Shown: one piece after another, positions 1-8,514 of the stretch | Layout: each line of letters starts with the position of its first letter | Numbering within the stretch: position 1 is the stretch's first letter | Assembly: GCA_963753345.1 (NCBI GenBank) | Contig: CAVWBU010000016.1 | Location: 96,001 to 160,000 of the forward strand | Direction of reading: 5' to 3' | Source: an uncultured Fibrobacterota bacterium | GTDB taxonomy: Bacteria; Fibrobacterota; Chitinivibrionia; Chitinivibrionales; FEN-1185 | DNA length: 64,000 nucleotides | Notes under the pieces: model-generated | What the model saw: the letters and a program-made list of their open reading frames with translations, nothing else | Told to the model about the DNA's origin: nothing | Database searches by the model: none | Program-made: the position numbers and the translations under genes

Positions 1-227
1 GGGCGGTCATCCTTGACGGAGGCAGCATCTGGAGGGACATTGAACACCCCTTTGACGTCCACGAAAACGGCGAAGGCGTGGGGTTCGGGCTCAGAATCAT
101 GGCGCCAACGCTCCTCCGCTGTGCATGCTTCGACGTTGTCTGGCCATTGCAGGGAAGCGAAAATCCCCTGCACATCCGGTATTCCCTCACCCCCGCCTTG
201 TACTTGTATCTTGACATGTACTATTAA
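1..227 (+). CDS. Partial (5'-truncated) probable BamA/TamA-like outer-membrane beta-barrel protein, C-terminal end
   Basis: Frame 3 is open from the window edge to TAA at 225-227 and reads AVILDGGSIW...GEGVGFGLRI...YLYLDMYY. The D-G-x-x-W and GxGxGLR patterns and the aromatic C-terminus resemble Omp85-family barrels. Not in the ORF track. Confidence 0.5.
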   Translation, partial: AVILDGGSIWRDIEHPFDVHENGEGVGFGLRIMAPTLLRCACFDVVWPLQGSENPLHIRYSLTPALYLYLDMYY

Positions 228-288
228 AGTTGAGAAGTTGATGAGGGAATCCGTGTATGCGTTGATGCGTAAATGCGTGAATAAAGTG
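225..288 (+). repeat. Degenerate 8-bp-period tandem tract
   Basis: taaagttg/agaagttg/atgaggga/atccgtgt/atgcgttg/atgcgtaa/atgcgtga/ataaagtg. Confidence 0.5.
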
Positions 289-330
289 AGGGAGCGGCGA
301 GTTGATGGTTATAAAAGCGATACCAACGGT

Positions 331-359
331 TTGACATGCTGCTCCGGAAACTGTATTTT
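331..359 (+). promoter_or_regulatory. Sigma70-like promoter for the U32-GGR-OSC operon
   Basis: TTGACA (331-336), 17-bp spacer, TATTTT (354-359). GGAGG RBS at 374-378 precedes ATG 386. Confidence 0.6.
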
Positions 360-385
360 CTTGAGGCTCCTACGGAGGCTCCTTA

Positions 386-1684
386 ATGAAATTCTCGGTT
401 GCGTGCAACTTCGATGTCGCCCTGCTGGAAGGCCTGAGGCCCTATCCTGTCTACGAACTTTTCGGCAAGTTGACCGTCGATCACTTCGGCGGTGGGCGGC
501 CGTCATTCTATCTTCCGGCGGTGAATTCCAACAGGCTGAAGGCATACGTCGACGCCTGCCATTGCCAAAAAATCGCCTTCAATTATCTGCTCAACGCGTC
601 AACCATGGGCAACGTGGAATTTACGCGACAGGGGCAGCGAAAGTTTACCGAGATGCTCGAGTGGCTCGACGCCATGGGCGTCGACTCGATAACCGTATCG
701 AGCCTGTTCTTCCTCAAGATCATCAAGAAGCGGTGCCCGCGGATCAAGGTGCGAATAAGTTCTCACAGCTTCACGGACACGCCGCGGAAGATACGGTTCT
801 GGGCAGACTCGGGCGCGGACTACATCGTGATTTCCGAAGTGGGCATCTACCGTGAATTCAAGGTGCTCGAGGCCATGCGGAAAGCTGCGGGCGACGCGGT
901 CGAACTGCAGCTCATCGTCAACAACTGGTGCAGGCAGGACTGCGCCATTGCCGGCATTCACGCGGCCGCTCTCAACGCCGCCTCGCAGAAGAATTCGCGC
1001 GGATTCCCGCTTGACTACTGCTTCATCTACTGCAATTATCTTCGTTTCACCGAGCCGGTCAATTTTGTGCGCGCCAACTGGATACGCCCCGAAGACCTTC
1101 ATTATTACGAGGACATCGGATACGAGAATTTCAAAATCGTCGAGCGCAACACCCCCACCAAGATCCTTGTGGAGCGCGTCAAGGCCTACTACAACCGGCG
1201 CTACGACGGGAACCTTCTCGATATGCTCCAGAACTACGCCTACCCCCACGAGAAGTTCTCGGAACGCGAGCTGGAATACTTTTCGACCTGGCGCCTGATC
1301 AAATATTTCCTGAAGCCGGCGGCCGTAAACCTTTTCAAGTTCATAAAGGTGATCAAGATCGGAAAGACCGCCAGCATTCTGTATCCGCTGCATGGCCCGA
1401 ACCCCGTTTTCATTGACAACCGGAAGCTCGACGGTTTTCTGGAGCGGTTCCAAGCAAGCGGCTGCGCGTCCCGCGATTGCAACGAGTGCCGGCACTGCCA
1501 TTCGTGGGCCGACAAGGCGGTGGCCATCGACCCGCAGTGGAATTCCGCACTCAAGGAAGTTTTCGACGAACTCCTGGGCGAATTGCACTCCGGCGCGTTC
1601 TGGGAACCGTATTACAAGTCGGCCGTCGGGTTCACCAAGAAGATGTCCAAGAATCTGCTGCGGCGCGCCGTGCGTTCCGCGTGA
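386..1684 (+). CDS. Peptidase U32-family Fe-S protein (UbiU/UbiV/RlhA/TrhP superfamily; putative O2-independent hydroxylase)
   Basis: FNYLLNA, GVDSITV, VRISS, LQLIVNNWCRQDC...YCFIYC, WIRPEDLHYYEDIG..FKIVER match the U32 barrel. Additional C-terminal CASRDCNECRHC cluster. Confidence 0.85.
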   Translation: MKFSVACNFDVALLEGLRPYPVYELFGKLTVDHFGGGRPSFYLPAVNSNRLKAYVDACHCQKIAFNYLLNASTMGNVEFTRQGQRKFTEMLEWLDAMGVDSITVSSLFFLKIIKKRCPRIKVRISSHSFTDTPRKIRFWADSGADYIVISEVGIYREFKVLEAMRKAAGDAVELQLIVNNWCRQDCAIAGIHAAALNAASQKNSRGFPLDYCFIYCNYLRFTEPVNFVRANWIRPEDLHYYEDIGYENFKIVERNTPTKILVERVKAYYNRRYDGNLLDMLQNYAYPHEKFSERELEYFSTWRLIKYFLKPAAVNLFKFIKVIKIGKTASILYPLHGPNPVFIDNRKLDGFLERFQASGCASRDCNECRHCHSWADKAVAIDPQWNSALKEVFDELLGELHSGAFWEPYYKSAVGFTKKMSKNLLRRAVRSA

Positions 1685-2787
1685 TGAAAAGCGACATCCC
1701 GATTTGCGTCATAGGCGCCGGGCCGTGCGGCTCGACAGCGGCACGGTTGCTCTCGGAGAACGGCTGCCGATGTGTCAAGCTCCTTGAAAAGAAGTCCTGG
1801 CCAAGGCCCAAGACGTGCGCCGGCGGTATCGGCCCCCGCGCACGTGCGTGGCTTTCCCGGCAGGGTCTGCTCGCGGATCTCACGCCCATGGCAGCGAGAA
1901 TTTCGAGTCTCTATTTCACGGCGCCGTCGGGCAGGAGCGCCCGCCTCGTCTCCCCGGGCGAGATGGCGCTGGTGGTTCCCCGTGACCGTTTCGACGACTT
2001 CCTGGTACAGCGAGCCGTACATGCCGGCGTCGATTTCAGGCCGTCCGTGAAAGTTACGGCAATTACTCGCCGCAAGGACGGCGTCGTTCTTTCGACTTCA
2101 GAGGGCGACATCGAAGCCGCCGCGGTCGTTGTTGCCGCCGGTGCGATAAGCGGCATTCCTGGAGCGAGCCCTTCCGACGGCCGCACCCTCTCCTCGATCA
2201 TGGTGCGCTATGCCGATTTTCCGCACAATCCTTCCGAGATGGAGATGATCTTTCCCTCAATTATTTCGCCGTTCTATGCATGGCTTTTCCCCGAGCCGGG
2301 CGGCAGCGTTAACATTGGAATGATCACGCGTGGTACGTTAGGGGCCTCGTCGCTGCATGAGGTGTTCGACGGTATCCTCGAACGGTATTTCGGTTCCCGT
2401 ATTTCTAACGCCCGGCTGGTGGGCCATCGGACAGGCGCGCCGGTCCGATGCTCTGGCCGTGTTGGACCGATGGTTGACGGCCGCGTATTGTGGGCGGGCG
2501 AAAACGCGGGGCTCGTTAACGGCGCGACCTGCGAGGGAATTCCCTATGCCCTGGAAAGCGGTGAGCTTGCCGCTGCCGCGATCGCCAGGGCGGCACCCGG
2601 GAACCTTTTCGACCAGAAATCCCTATGCTCCTACCAACGCGCGGCGCAACGCCGATTTTCCATGCCGCTTGGTCTTGCCGCGGCCTTCAGGGCCTTTATT
2701 GGAAGCGCGGCGTTTCCTCCGGCCGCCGACCTGGGCACACTTCCCCTATTCCAACGCCTCTCGGCTTTCGTGCTTGCAAAGGTATAG
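1684..2787 (+). CDS. Geranylgeranyl reductase-family FAD-dependent oxidoreductase
   Basis: VIGAGPCG Rossmann motif, KTCAGG, R-x-x-FDDFL, YAWLFP, AGENAGLVN...EGIPYALESG. ATG 1684 overlaps the U32 stop (TGATG). Confidence 0.85.
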   Translation: MKSDIPICVIGAGPCGSTAARLLSENGCRCVKLLEKKSWPRPKTCAGGIGPRARAWLSRQGLLADLTPMAARISSLYFTAPSGRSARLVSPGEMALVVPRDRFDDFLVQRAVHAGVDFRPSVKVTAITRRKDGVVLSTSEGDIEAAAVVVAAGAISGIPGASPSDGRTLSSIMVRYADFPHNPSEMEMIFPSIISPFYAWLFPEPGGSVNIGMITRGTLGASSLHEVFDGILERYFGSRISNARLVGHRTGAPVRCSGRVGPMVDGRVLWAGENAGLVNGATCEGIPYALESGELAAAAIARAAPGNLFDQKSLCSYQRAAQRRFSMPLGLAAAFRAFIGSAAFPPAADLGTLPLFQRLSAFVLAKV

Positions 2788-2790
2788 AAC

Positions 2791-4737
2791 ATGCCTTCAA
2801 CCGTCGCAACGGCCCGCGCAGCAATCGATCGCTCCCTGCGCCGTTTGGCCGAAATTCAAACCAGCCGGGGAGCGTGGGAAGGCGAGGTGGTGTGGTCTCC
2901 CGTTGTGTTGGCTCAATACCTCATCACGCGCACCATTGTTGGAAAACCGGCCCCGGCCGACTTGCACGCGGAATACCTGCGCCACTTTACAGCATGGCAA
3001 ACGCCGGACGGCGGATGGGGCTTGCATGCCGAGTCGCCGGCGTACCTATTCGTCACCACGCTCGCCTATGTTGCGCTGCGCATGATCGGCGTTCCGTCGG
3101 ATGATGCTCGCCTCGTGAGGGCCAGAACTCTAGTCCGCGCGCTCGGTACGCCGCTTGCCATTCCAACATGGGGCAAGGTCTGGCTCGCATTCTGCAATTT
3201 GTATGAATATGGGGGCATATATCCTCTTCCGCCCGAGCTGTGGCTGTTCCCCCGATTTTTTCCCGTTCATCCATCGCGTTTGTACTGCCACACGCGGCTC
3301 ATCTACCTGGGCATGAGTTACCTCTACGCTAAGCGGTTTCGTCGTCCCGCCGACCCGCTCTGCTACGCATTGCGCGATGAGCTTTACGGCCGGCCCTATG
3401 AGAGCATCGACTTTCGCACAGAAGGAAGACGGCTGTCGCAGCGCGACCTTTTCAAGGCGCCGTCCCGATCGCTCGCCGCGGGTTATGCGGTTTTGCGATG
3501 TGTGGAGCGATGGAGCCCGGCTGCTCTACGGAAGCGCGCTTGTGCGGTGGCGCTCTCAAGAATCGAATACGAGCAGCGGTCGACCAACTATGCAGCGCTA
3601 TCCCCTGTCAACGGTCTGCTCAACATCCTCGCTCTGTATGCGGCCGACGCGCGCCACCCCGATCTCGAGCCGTCGCTCGACGGAATGGAGCATTGGAAGT
3701 GGAGCGATGAAAAGGAAGGCGTGCGGTACAACGGGGCACGCAGCCAGACATGGGACACCGCATTCGTGGTGCAGGCGGTCGCGGCGGCAAACGCGGACGA
3801 TTCTTTTTCTCCTGCGCTCTCCAGGGCCGGAGCCTTTCTTCGCGAAAATCAATTGCGCGACGAGATCCCTAATGGACCGGCCTTCTACCGTGATACGTGT
3901 GCAGGCGGCTGGTGCTTTTCCGATGCGCGTCACGGGTGGCCGGTAAGTGACACCACCGCCGAAGCGCTGTGCGCGGCCCTTGCGCTGCGCGAGCGCGGGT
4001 TGGAAACCCTCGACGAACCCGCTCTAAAAGACGCGGTGCGGTTCATCCTCTCCCGCCAGAATCCCGGGGGCGGCTGGGGATCATACGAACGAAAACGCGC
4101 CGGCCTTGCGCTCGAACGCATTAATCCCTCCGAGATGTTCGGCAATTGCATGGTTGAGCATTCGTACGTCGAATGCAGCGCATCGGCCCTCGATGCGCTC
4201 GCCCGGTTTCGACGGGCATTCCCCTCGACGGAATTGACAAAAGCGATTAGCGCTTCAATGAAACGCGGCGAGCGCTTCCTTGTAAGGGCGCAGATGTCCG
4301 ACGGATCGTGGCCTGGATTCTGGGGCCTCAATTACACGTATGGCACGTTCTTCGCCGTGCGCGGCCTCCTGGCCTGCGGACGTCAGTCGAGCGACGGCGC
4401 GATCCGCCGCGCCTGCGACTGGCTCATTGCGCACCAGAAGTCCGACGGCGGCTGGGGGGAGCACTGGACCAGTACTGTTCAGGGACGCTATATAGAGCAC
4501 CCGCAAAGTCAGGTGATAATGACCGCTTGGGCGCTTTTGACCTTGCTTCTCGCAAAGGACCCGCGTCGCGCCGCAATCAATCGCGGTGCCGACCTGCTTA
4601 TTGCGCGACAACTGCACAACGGCTCCTGGCCCAAGGAAGGCGTCGCCGGCGTCTTTTTCAACACCGCCATGCTTCATTACGAGCTATACCGCGATTATTT
4701 CCCTCTCTGGGCGCTCGGTCTTTTCGAAAGGGAATGA
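2791..4737 (+). CDS. osc: Oxidosqualene cyclase-type (lanosterol/cycloartenol synthase-like) triterpene cyclase
   Basis: Six QW repeats, GGWGLH, IPTWGKVWL, PPELW..HPSRLYCHTR, SQTWDTAF, catalytic HGWPVSDTTAEAL (DCTAE-like, not DXDD), NPSEMFG..YVEC, GVF...YRDYFPLWALG. Confidence 0.88.
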   Translation: MPSTVATARAAIDRSLRRLAEIQTSRGAWEGEVVWSPVVLAQYLITRTIVGKPAPADLHAEYLRHFTAWQTPDGGWGLHAESPAYLFVTTLAYVALRMIGVPSDDARLVRARTLVRALGTPLAIPTWGKVWLAFCNLYEYGGIYPLPPELWLFPRFFPVHPSRLYCHTRLIYLGMSYLYAKRFRRPADPLCYALRDELYGRPYESIDFRTEGRRLSQRDLFKAPSRSLAAGYAVLRCVERWSPAALRKRACAVALSRIEYEQRSTNYAALSPVNGLLNILALYAADARHPDLEPSLDGMEHWKWSDEKEGVRYNGARSQTWDTAFVVQAVAAANADDSFSPALSRAGAFLRENQLRDEIPNGPAFYRDTCAGGWCFSDARHGWPVSDTTAEALCAALALRERGLETLDEPALKDAVRFILSRQNPGGGWGSYERKRAGLALERINPSEMFGNCMVEHSYVECSASALDALARFRRAFPSTELTKAISASMKRGERFLVRAQMSDGSWPGFWGLNYTYGTFFAVRGLLACGRQSSDGAIRRACDWLIAHQKSDGGWGEHWTSTVQGRYIEHPQSQVIMTAWALLTLLLAKDPRRAAINRGADLLIARQLHNGSWPKEGVAGVFFNTAMLHYELYRDYFPLWALGLFERE

Positions 4738-4762
4738 AATGACAATGCGCTCGCTTTGGGAT

Positions 4763-5458
4763 TCACTCACCTACCGGCATCCGGTACCCGACGCCGGATT
4801 CGGTAATAAACAATTTCGGCCGGGCAGGATCGGTTTCCAACTTCTTGCGGAGCTGAGCGATGTATACGCGAAGGTACTGGGTTTCTTCTGCACGGAATGG
4901 CCCCCAGATTTCCTTCATGAGGTGCCGATGCGTCAGGACCTTTCCGGCATTCTTGACGAATTGGATTAAAAGAGAATATTCCGTGGCGGTCAGCTTTGCA
5001 GGCGAACCGCCGACCTTTACCGTCCGGTTGACAAGATCTACAAACAAATCACCGTTTTTGAATTCCTTGACCTCATCGGCGCCCTCGCGGCCGCGCCGCA
5101 GGGCGACCCGGAGCCTCGCAATCAGCTCGTTGACGCCGAACGGCTTGACGACATAATCGTCAGCGCCCGCATCGAGCGCCGCAACCTTGCCTTTTTCATC
5201 GTCCCGTACGGAAAGTATGATGACGGGCACCATGCTCCATTCCCGTACCTGCTTGAGAACGGCGCCGCCGTCCATGTCCGGCAGGCCGAGATCGAGAACA
5301 ATGGCATCCGGGCGGTCGGTTGCCGCTTTGTAAATCCCTTCCTTGGCGGTCGGCGCCTCAAGGATCTGGTATCCGTTTGCCTCAAGCGCGACCCTGAGAA
5401 AACGCCGGATCTGGAGTTCGTCATCAATGATGAGTATTTTCTTTCCTTCAGCCATCAC
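4763..5458 (-). CDS. kdpE: KDP operon response regulator (OmpR family)
   Basis: Receiver domain (IIDDE, LDLGLPD, GADDYVVKPF) plus winged helix (YLRVYIAQLRKKLE..P...TESGVGYR). Follows kdpD. Confidence 0.93.
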   Translation of the reverse strand: MMAEGKKILIIDDELQIRRFLRVALEANGYQILEAPTAKEGIYKAATDRPDAIVLDLGLPDMDGGAVLKQVREWSMVPVIILSVRDDEKGKVAALDAGADDYVVKPFGVNELIARLRVALRRGREGADEVKEFKNGDLFVDLVNRTVKVGGSPAKLTATEYSLLIQFVKNAGKVLTHRHLMKEIWGPFRAEETQYLRVYIAQLRKKLETDPARPKLFITESGVGYRMPVGE

Positions 5459-8163
5459 GGCGCCTCTTCCGCTGAGAGCGGTTTGTGCTCGACGGGCAGC
5501 CGGATCAGGAACTGCGCCCCTTTGCCCGGCCGGTTCGCGGCCTCGACCGACCCGCCGTGCAATTCGACGAATCCTTTGACAATAGATAATCCGAGCCCAG
5601 TGCCGCCGGCCCTGGTGCCCGGGACCCGGAAGAATTTGTCGAAAATCCGGTGAATCGATTCTTCCGGCAGGCCCGGGCCTTCATCTTCAATGGCAAACAC
5701 CAGCGTCCCGGAGTCGTAAAAAGCTCTCATGTGGATCGATGTCCCCGGCTGCGTGTACTGCGCGGCATTAAGCACGATGTTGGAAAGAACCTGTTCCATG
5801 ATAATGCCGTCGAGTTTTACGAGCGGCACATCATCGGCAACCGTCACGCGAACCGTGTGCCCTGCGAGCTCCTCGGCAAGGTCGCCCAGGACCGCATTGA
5901 TGATGTCATGAACATCGCACCAATCCTTCGCAATCGTCAATCCGCCGGATTCGATCCGGGTCATGTCGAGCAGGTTTTCAACGAGCCTGTTCAATCGCGA
6001 AGAGGCAACCCTGATGTCTCCGACAAGAACGTTGCGCGATCGTTCGTCTTGGGCGACCGCAGCCTCCAGGAGGCTGCTTGACGCACCGGTAATTGCGGCA
6101 AGAGGAGTGCGCAATTCGTGGGAAATCGAATTGAGCAGGGTCTTGTTCAGACGTTCGGATTCCTCAAGCAGCCTCGTTTTTGCAGCCTGTTCCCTAAGAA
6201 CCGCCCGGTCCAGTGCGAAGGCCCACTGGTGCAGGAACATCATCAACAGGCCCTCCTGCTCTACGGGCATTTCCTTTGCGCCGGACGAAACAAGTCCGAC
6301 AACGCCCCTGCACGCCCCGTGCATCAGCAACGGATAGTATGCAGCCGTAGCGAACGGAAGGGTCGCCATGGCGTGCCCGGCCGGTTTCTTATTGGAAAAG
6401 ACCCATTTTGCGACACTCCACTCCTTGTCGTTGTCCGGGGCGAACGTACTCAAGTGATGCGGTTTTCGTCCCATCGATTCGGCCGTTTCGGGAAGAAACA
6501 ACGCGGCGCGCGCGCCAAAAACCGATGTCATGTTCTCCATGCCCGCCCGTGCAATGTCGTCGGTCGTTTCGGCGGCCGCGAGCTCTTTGACAAATGAATA
6601 AAGCGCGGCGGTGAGACGCTCGCGGCGCCGGACGACCGTCTCCTTGGTCCGTACCCGTGAGGTGAGCGTGCCGCTCACGAGCGCAACAATAAAATAGAGC
6701 GACACCAACAGAACATCGGACGCATGCGAAATCGAAAACGTGAAGACCGGAGGGATAAAGAAGAAATCCCAGAAAACCGCGCTTAAGCCCGCGGCAGCGA
6801 AAAGCGGTCCAAGTCCGGCGATAAGCGAAAGAAGCGAAATAATAAAGAGGAGAAACATGCCGACCGACCGGTAATCGATGTACGGTGAGGCCAGAAAACA
6901 GGCTGCGGTGGCGACGCAAACGGCAAGACAGGAGACCACATAGTCGCGCAACGGGGACGCGATCCCCGAAAGCATACCCAACCGGAAGGGCCTTTTCGGC
7001 GGAGCTCCGGCATCGCTCTTTACAACGTAGATATCGATCGCTCCGCTATCACGGATAAGTTTATTGACCAGGGACCCGCCATGCACAAGGTCGAGCACGG
7101 GGTTTGGCATCGATTTACCAATGACAATTTGCGTTGCATTGTTCTGGCGCGCGGCCCTCAGAAGGGCCCGCGCAATATCGTCGTCCGCGGTGGTGACCAG
7201 GGTCGCGCCGAGTTCCTGGGCGAGTTCGATGTTTTTCTTGAGTCGCTTTTCAGCCGTTGCGGACAGCGGCCGCGATGCCTGCACGTACACCGCAGTCCAC
7301 GGCGCCTCCATGGTGGCGGCGATGCGACGCGTCCATCGGATGAGCTGTTCGGAATACGGGCTGGGCCCGATGGCCACCATGAGCCTCTCCTTGGTTTTCC
7401 ATGGCCCGCTGATCCGGTTTTCCTCCATGTAATCCTTGAGTTGGAGGTTTACCCGGTCCGCGGTCTTGCGAAGCGCGATCTCCCGGAGCGCGGTGAGATT
7501 GCCTTTCTGGAAGAAATGCTGTGCCGCGGCTTCGGAACGCTCCGCGGTATATACTTTGCCTTCCCTGAGGCGGGCCAAAAGGTCGTCCGGCGGCAGGTCG
7601 ACAAGCTCGATTTCATCCGCCATGTCAAGAACACTGTCGGGCACCGTCTCGCGAACCGTGACACCGGTGATCTGGCGGACCGAGTCCACAAGACTTTCCA
7701 CATGCTGCACATTGAGGGTGGTGAGGACATTTATCCCATTGTCAAGCAATTCGAGCGTGTCCTGATATCTCTTGGTGTGGCGCATGCCTTCGGCATTGGT
7801 ATGCGCAAGCTCGTCGACAAGCACATACGCCGGCCTTGCGGACAGTACTGCGTCCAGGTCCAGGTCCGAAAGTCCTTTACCTTTGTAGGTTGTCTGCAAG
7901 CGTGGAAAAACGTTCAGTCCTGAGAGCAGGGCTTCAGTTTCTTCCCGGCCATGGGTCTCGACAATCCCGACGCAAACAGAAATGCCTCGTGCCTTTAAAG
8001 CCTGCGCGGCCTTGAGCATGGCATAGGTCTTTCCCACGCCGGCGCACATGCCGAAGAAGACTTTCAGCGTGCCCCGCAGTTTCGCCTGTTCGCTTTTTTG
8101 CATGGAAGCGAGCAGAACATCGGGATTTGGTCGATCAGGTCCGCTCATTTTTTGCAGATCCAT
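5455..8163 (-). CDS. kdpD: Osmosensitive K+ sensor histidine kinase
   Basis: KdpD N-terminal domain (GMCAGVGKTYAML, VDELAHTN), Usp domain, 4 TM segments, GAF, SHELRTPL and GTGLGL. Confidence 0.95.
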   Translation of the reverse strand: MDLQKMSGPDRPNPDVLLASMQKSEQAKLRGTLKVFFGMCAGVGKTYAMLKAAQALKARGISVCVGIVETHGREETEALLSGLNVFPRLQTTYKGKGLSDLDLDAVLSARPAYVLVDELAHTNAEGMRHTKRYQDTLELLDNGINVLTTLNVQHVESLVDSVRQITGVTVRETVPDSVLDMADEIELVDLPPDDLLARLREGKVYTAERSEAAAQHFFQKGNLTALREIALRKTADRVNLQLKDYMEENRISGPWKTKERLMVAIGPSPYSEQLIRWTRRIAATMEAPWTAVYVQASRPLSATAEKRLKKNIELAQELGATLVTTADDDIARALLRAARQNNATQIVIGKSMPNPVLDLVHGGSLVNKLIRDSGAIDIYVVKSDAGAPPKRPFRLGMLSGIASPLRDYVVSCLAVCVATAACFLASPYIDYRSVGMFLLFIISLLSLIAGLGPLFAAAGLSAVFWDFFFIPPVFTFSISHASDVLLVSLYFIVALVSGTLTSRVRTKETVVRRRERLTAALYSFVKELAAAETTDDIARAGMENMTSVFGARAALFLPETAESMGRKPHHLSTFAPDNDKEWSVAKWVFSNKKPAGHAMATLPFATAAYYPLLMHGACRGVVGLVSSGAKEMPVEQEGLLMMFLHQWAFALDRAVLREQAAKTRLLEESERLNKTLLNSISHELRTPLAAITGASSSLLEAAVAQDERSRNVLVGDIRVASSRLNRLVENLLDMTRIESGGLTIAKDWCDVHDIINAVLGDLAEELAGHTVRVTVADDVPLVKLDGIIMEQVLSNIVLNAAQYTQPGTSIHMRAFYDSGTLVFAIEDEGPGLPEESIHRIFDKFFRVPGTRAGGTGLGLSIVKGFVELHGGSVEAANRPGKGAQFLIRLPVEHKPLSAEEAP

Positions 8164-8504
8164 TGCGACATGATAATGATGCAGGCGATTGATCCTTTTT
8201 TTGCGATATCACCCGCATTAATTTCCCCGCTCAGTATCTTTCCTGATAAATAGTATCTTCCACCGAACGAAACCACTTCAATTCTTCCGGCTTCCTCCAA
8301 TTCGCAGGATTGTCCCGACCGAAATACGGTAAGGGTGTCGTGAATGGAAATTTCCTTTCTGATTTCTTGAGTGCCGCTCTGAAATAAGTGAACAACGCTG
8401 CCAAGGGGAAGATACCCGCTTTCCGCAAAATAGGACGTTGCGGCAATAGAGAAGAAAACGGCAAGAACCAATAGCATTACTATTGCTGACAAAATCTTTT
8501 TCAT
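8145..8504 (-). CDS. Hypothetical protein with N-terminal signal/TM segment, between kdpC and kdpD
   Basis: AGGAGG-type RBS before ATG 8504. N-terminus MKKILSAIVMLLVLAVFFSIAA is hydrophobic. Stop overlaps the kdpD start region. Confidence 0.55.
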   Translation of the reverse strand: MKKILSAIVMLLVLAVFFSIAATSYFAESGYLPLGSVVHLFQSGTQEIRKEISIHDTLTVFRSGQSCELEEAGRIEVVSFGGRYYLSGKILSGEINAGDIAKKGSIACIIIMSQWICKK

Positions 8505-8514
8505 AGCCACCCTC

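Noticed and set aside
13-855. ORF 13-855, antisense ORF 599-1588, and the 5' extension of ORF 1477-2787
   Set aside because: These are shadow frames over the U32 gene and its promoter with no recognisable motifs. The flavoprotein starts at 1684.
1684-2787. Calling the flavoprotein a squalene epoxidase
   Set aside because: It is only 367 aa, has GGR signatures (KxCxGG, YxWxFP, EGIxxAxxSG) and lacks the GE(L/F)LQPGG-type epoxidase motif. Not fully excluded without an HMM search.
2791-4737. Calling the cyclase a squalene-hopene cyclase (shc)
   Set aside because: No DXDD motif. VSDTTAE, GGWGLH, YCHTR and NPSE.FG are OSC-type signatures, and no hpn genes are nearby.
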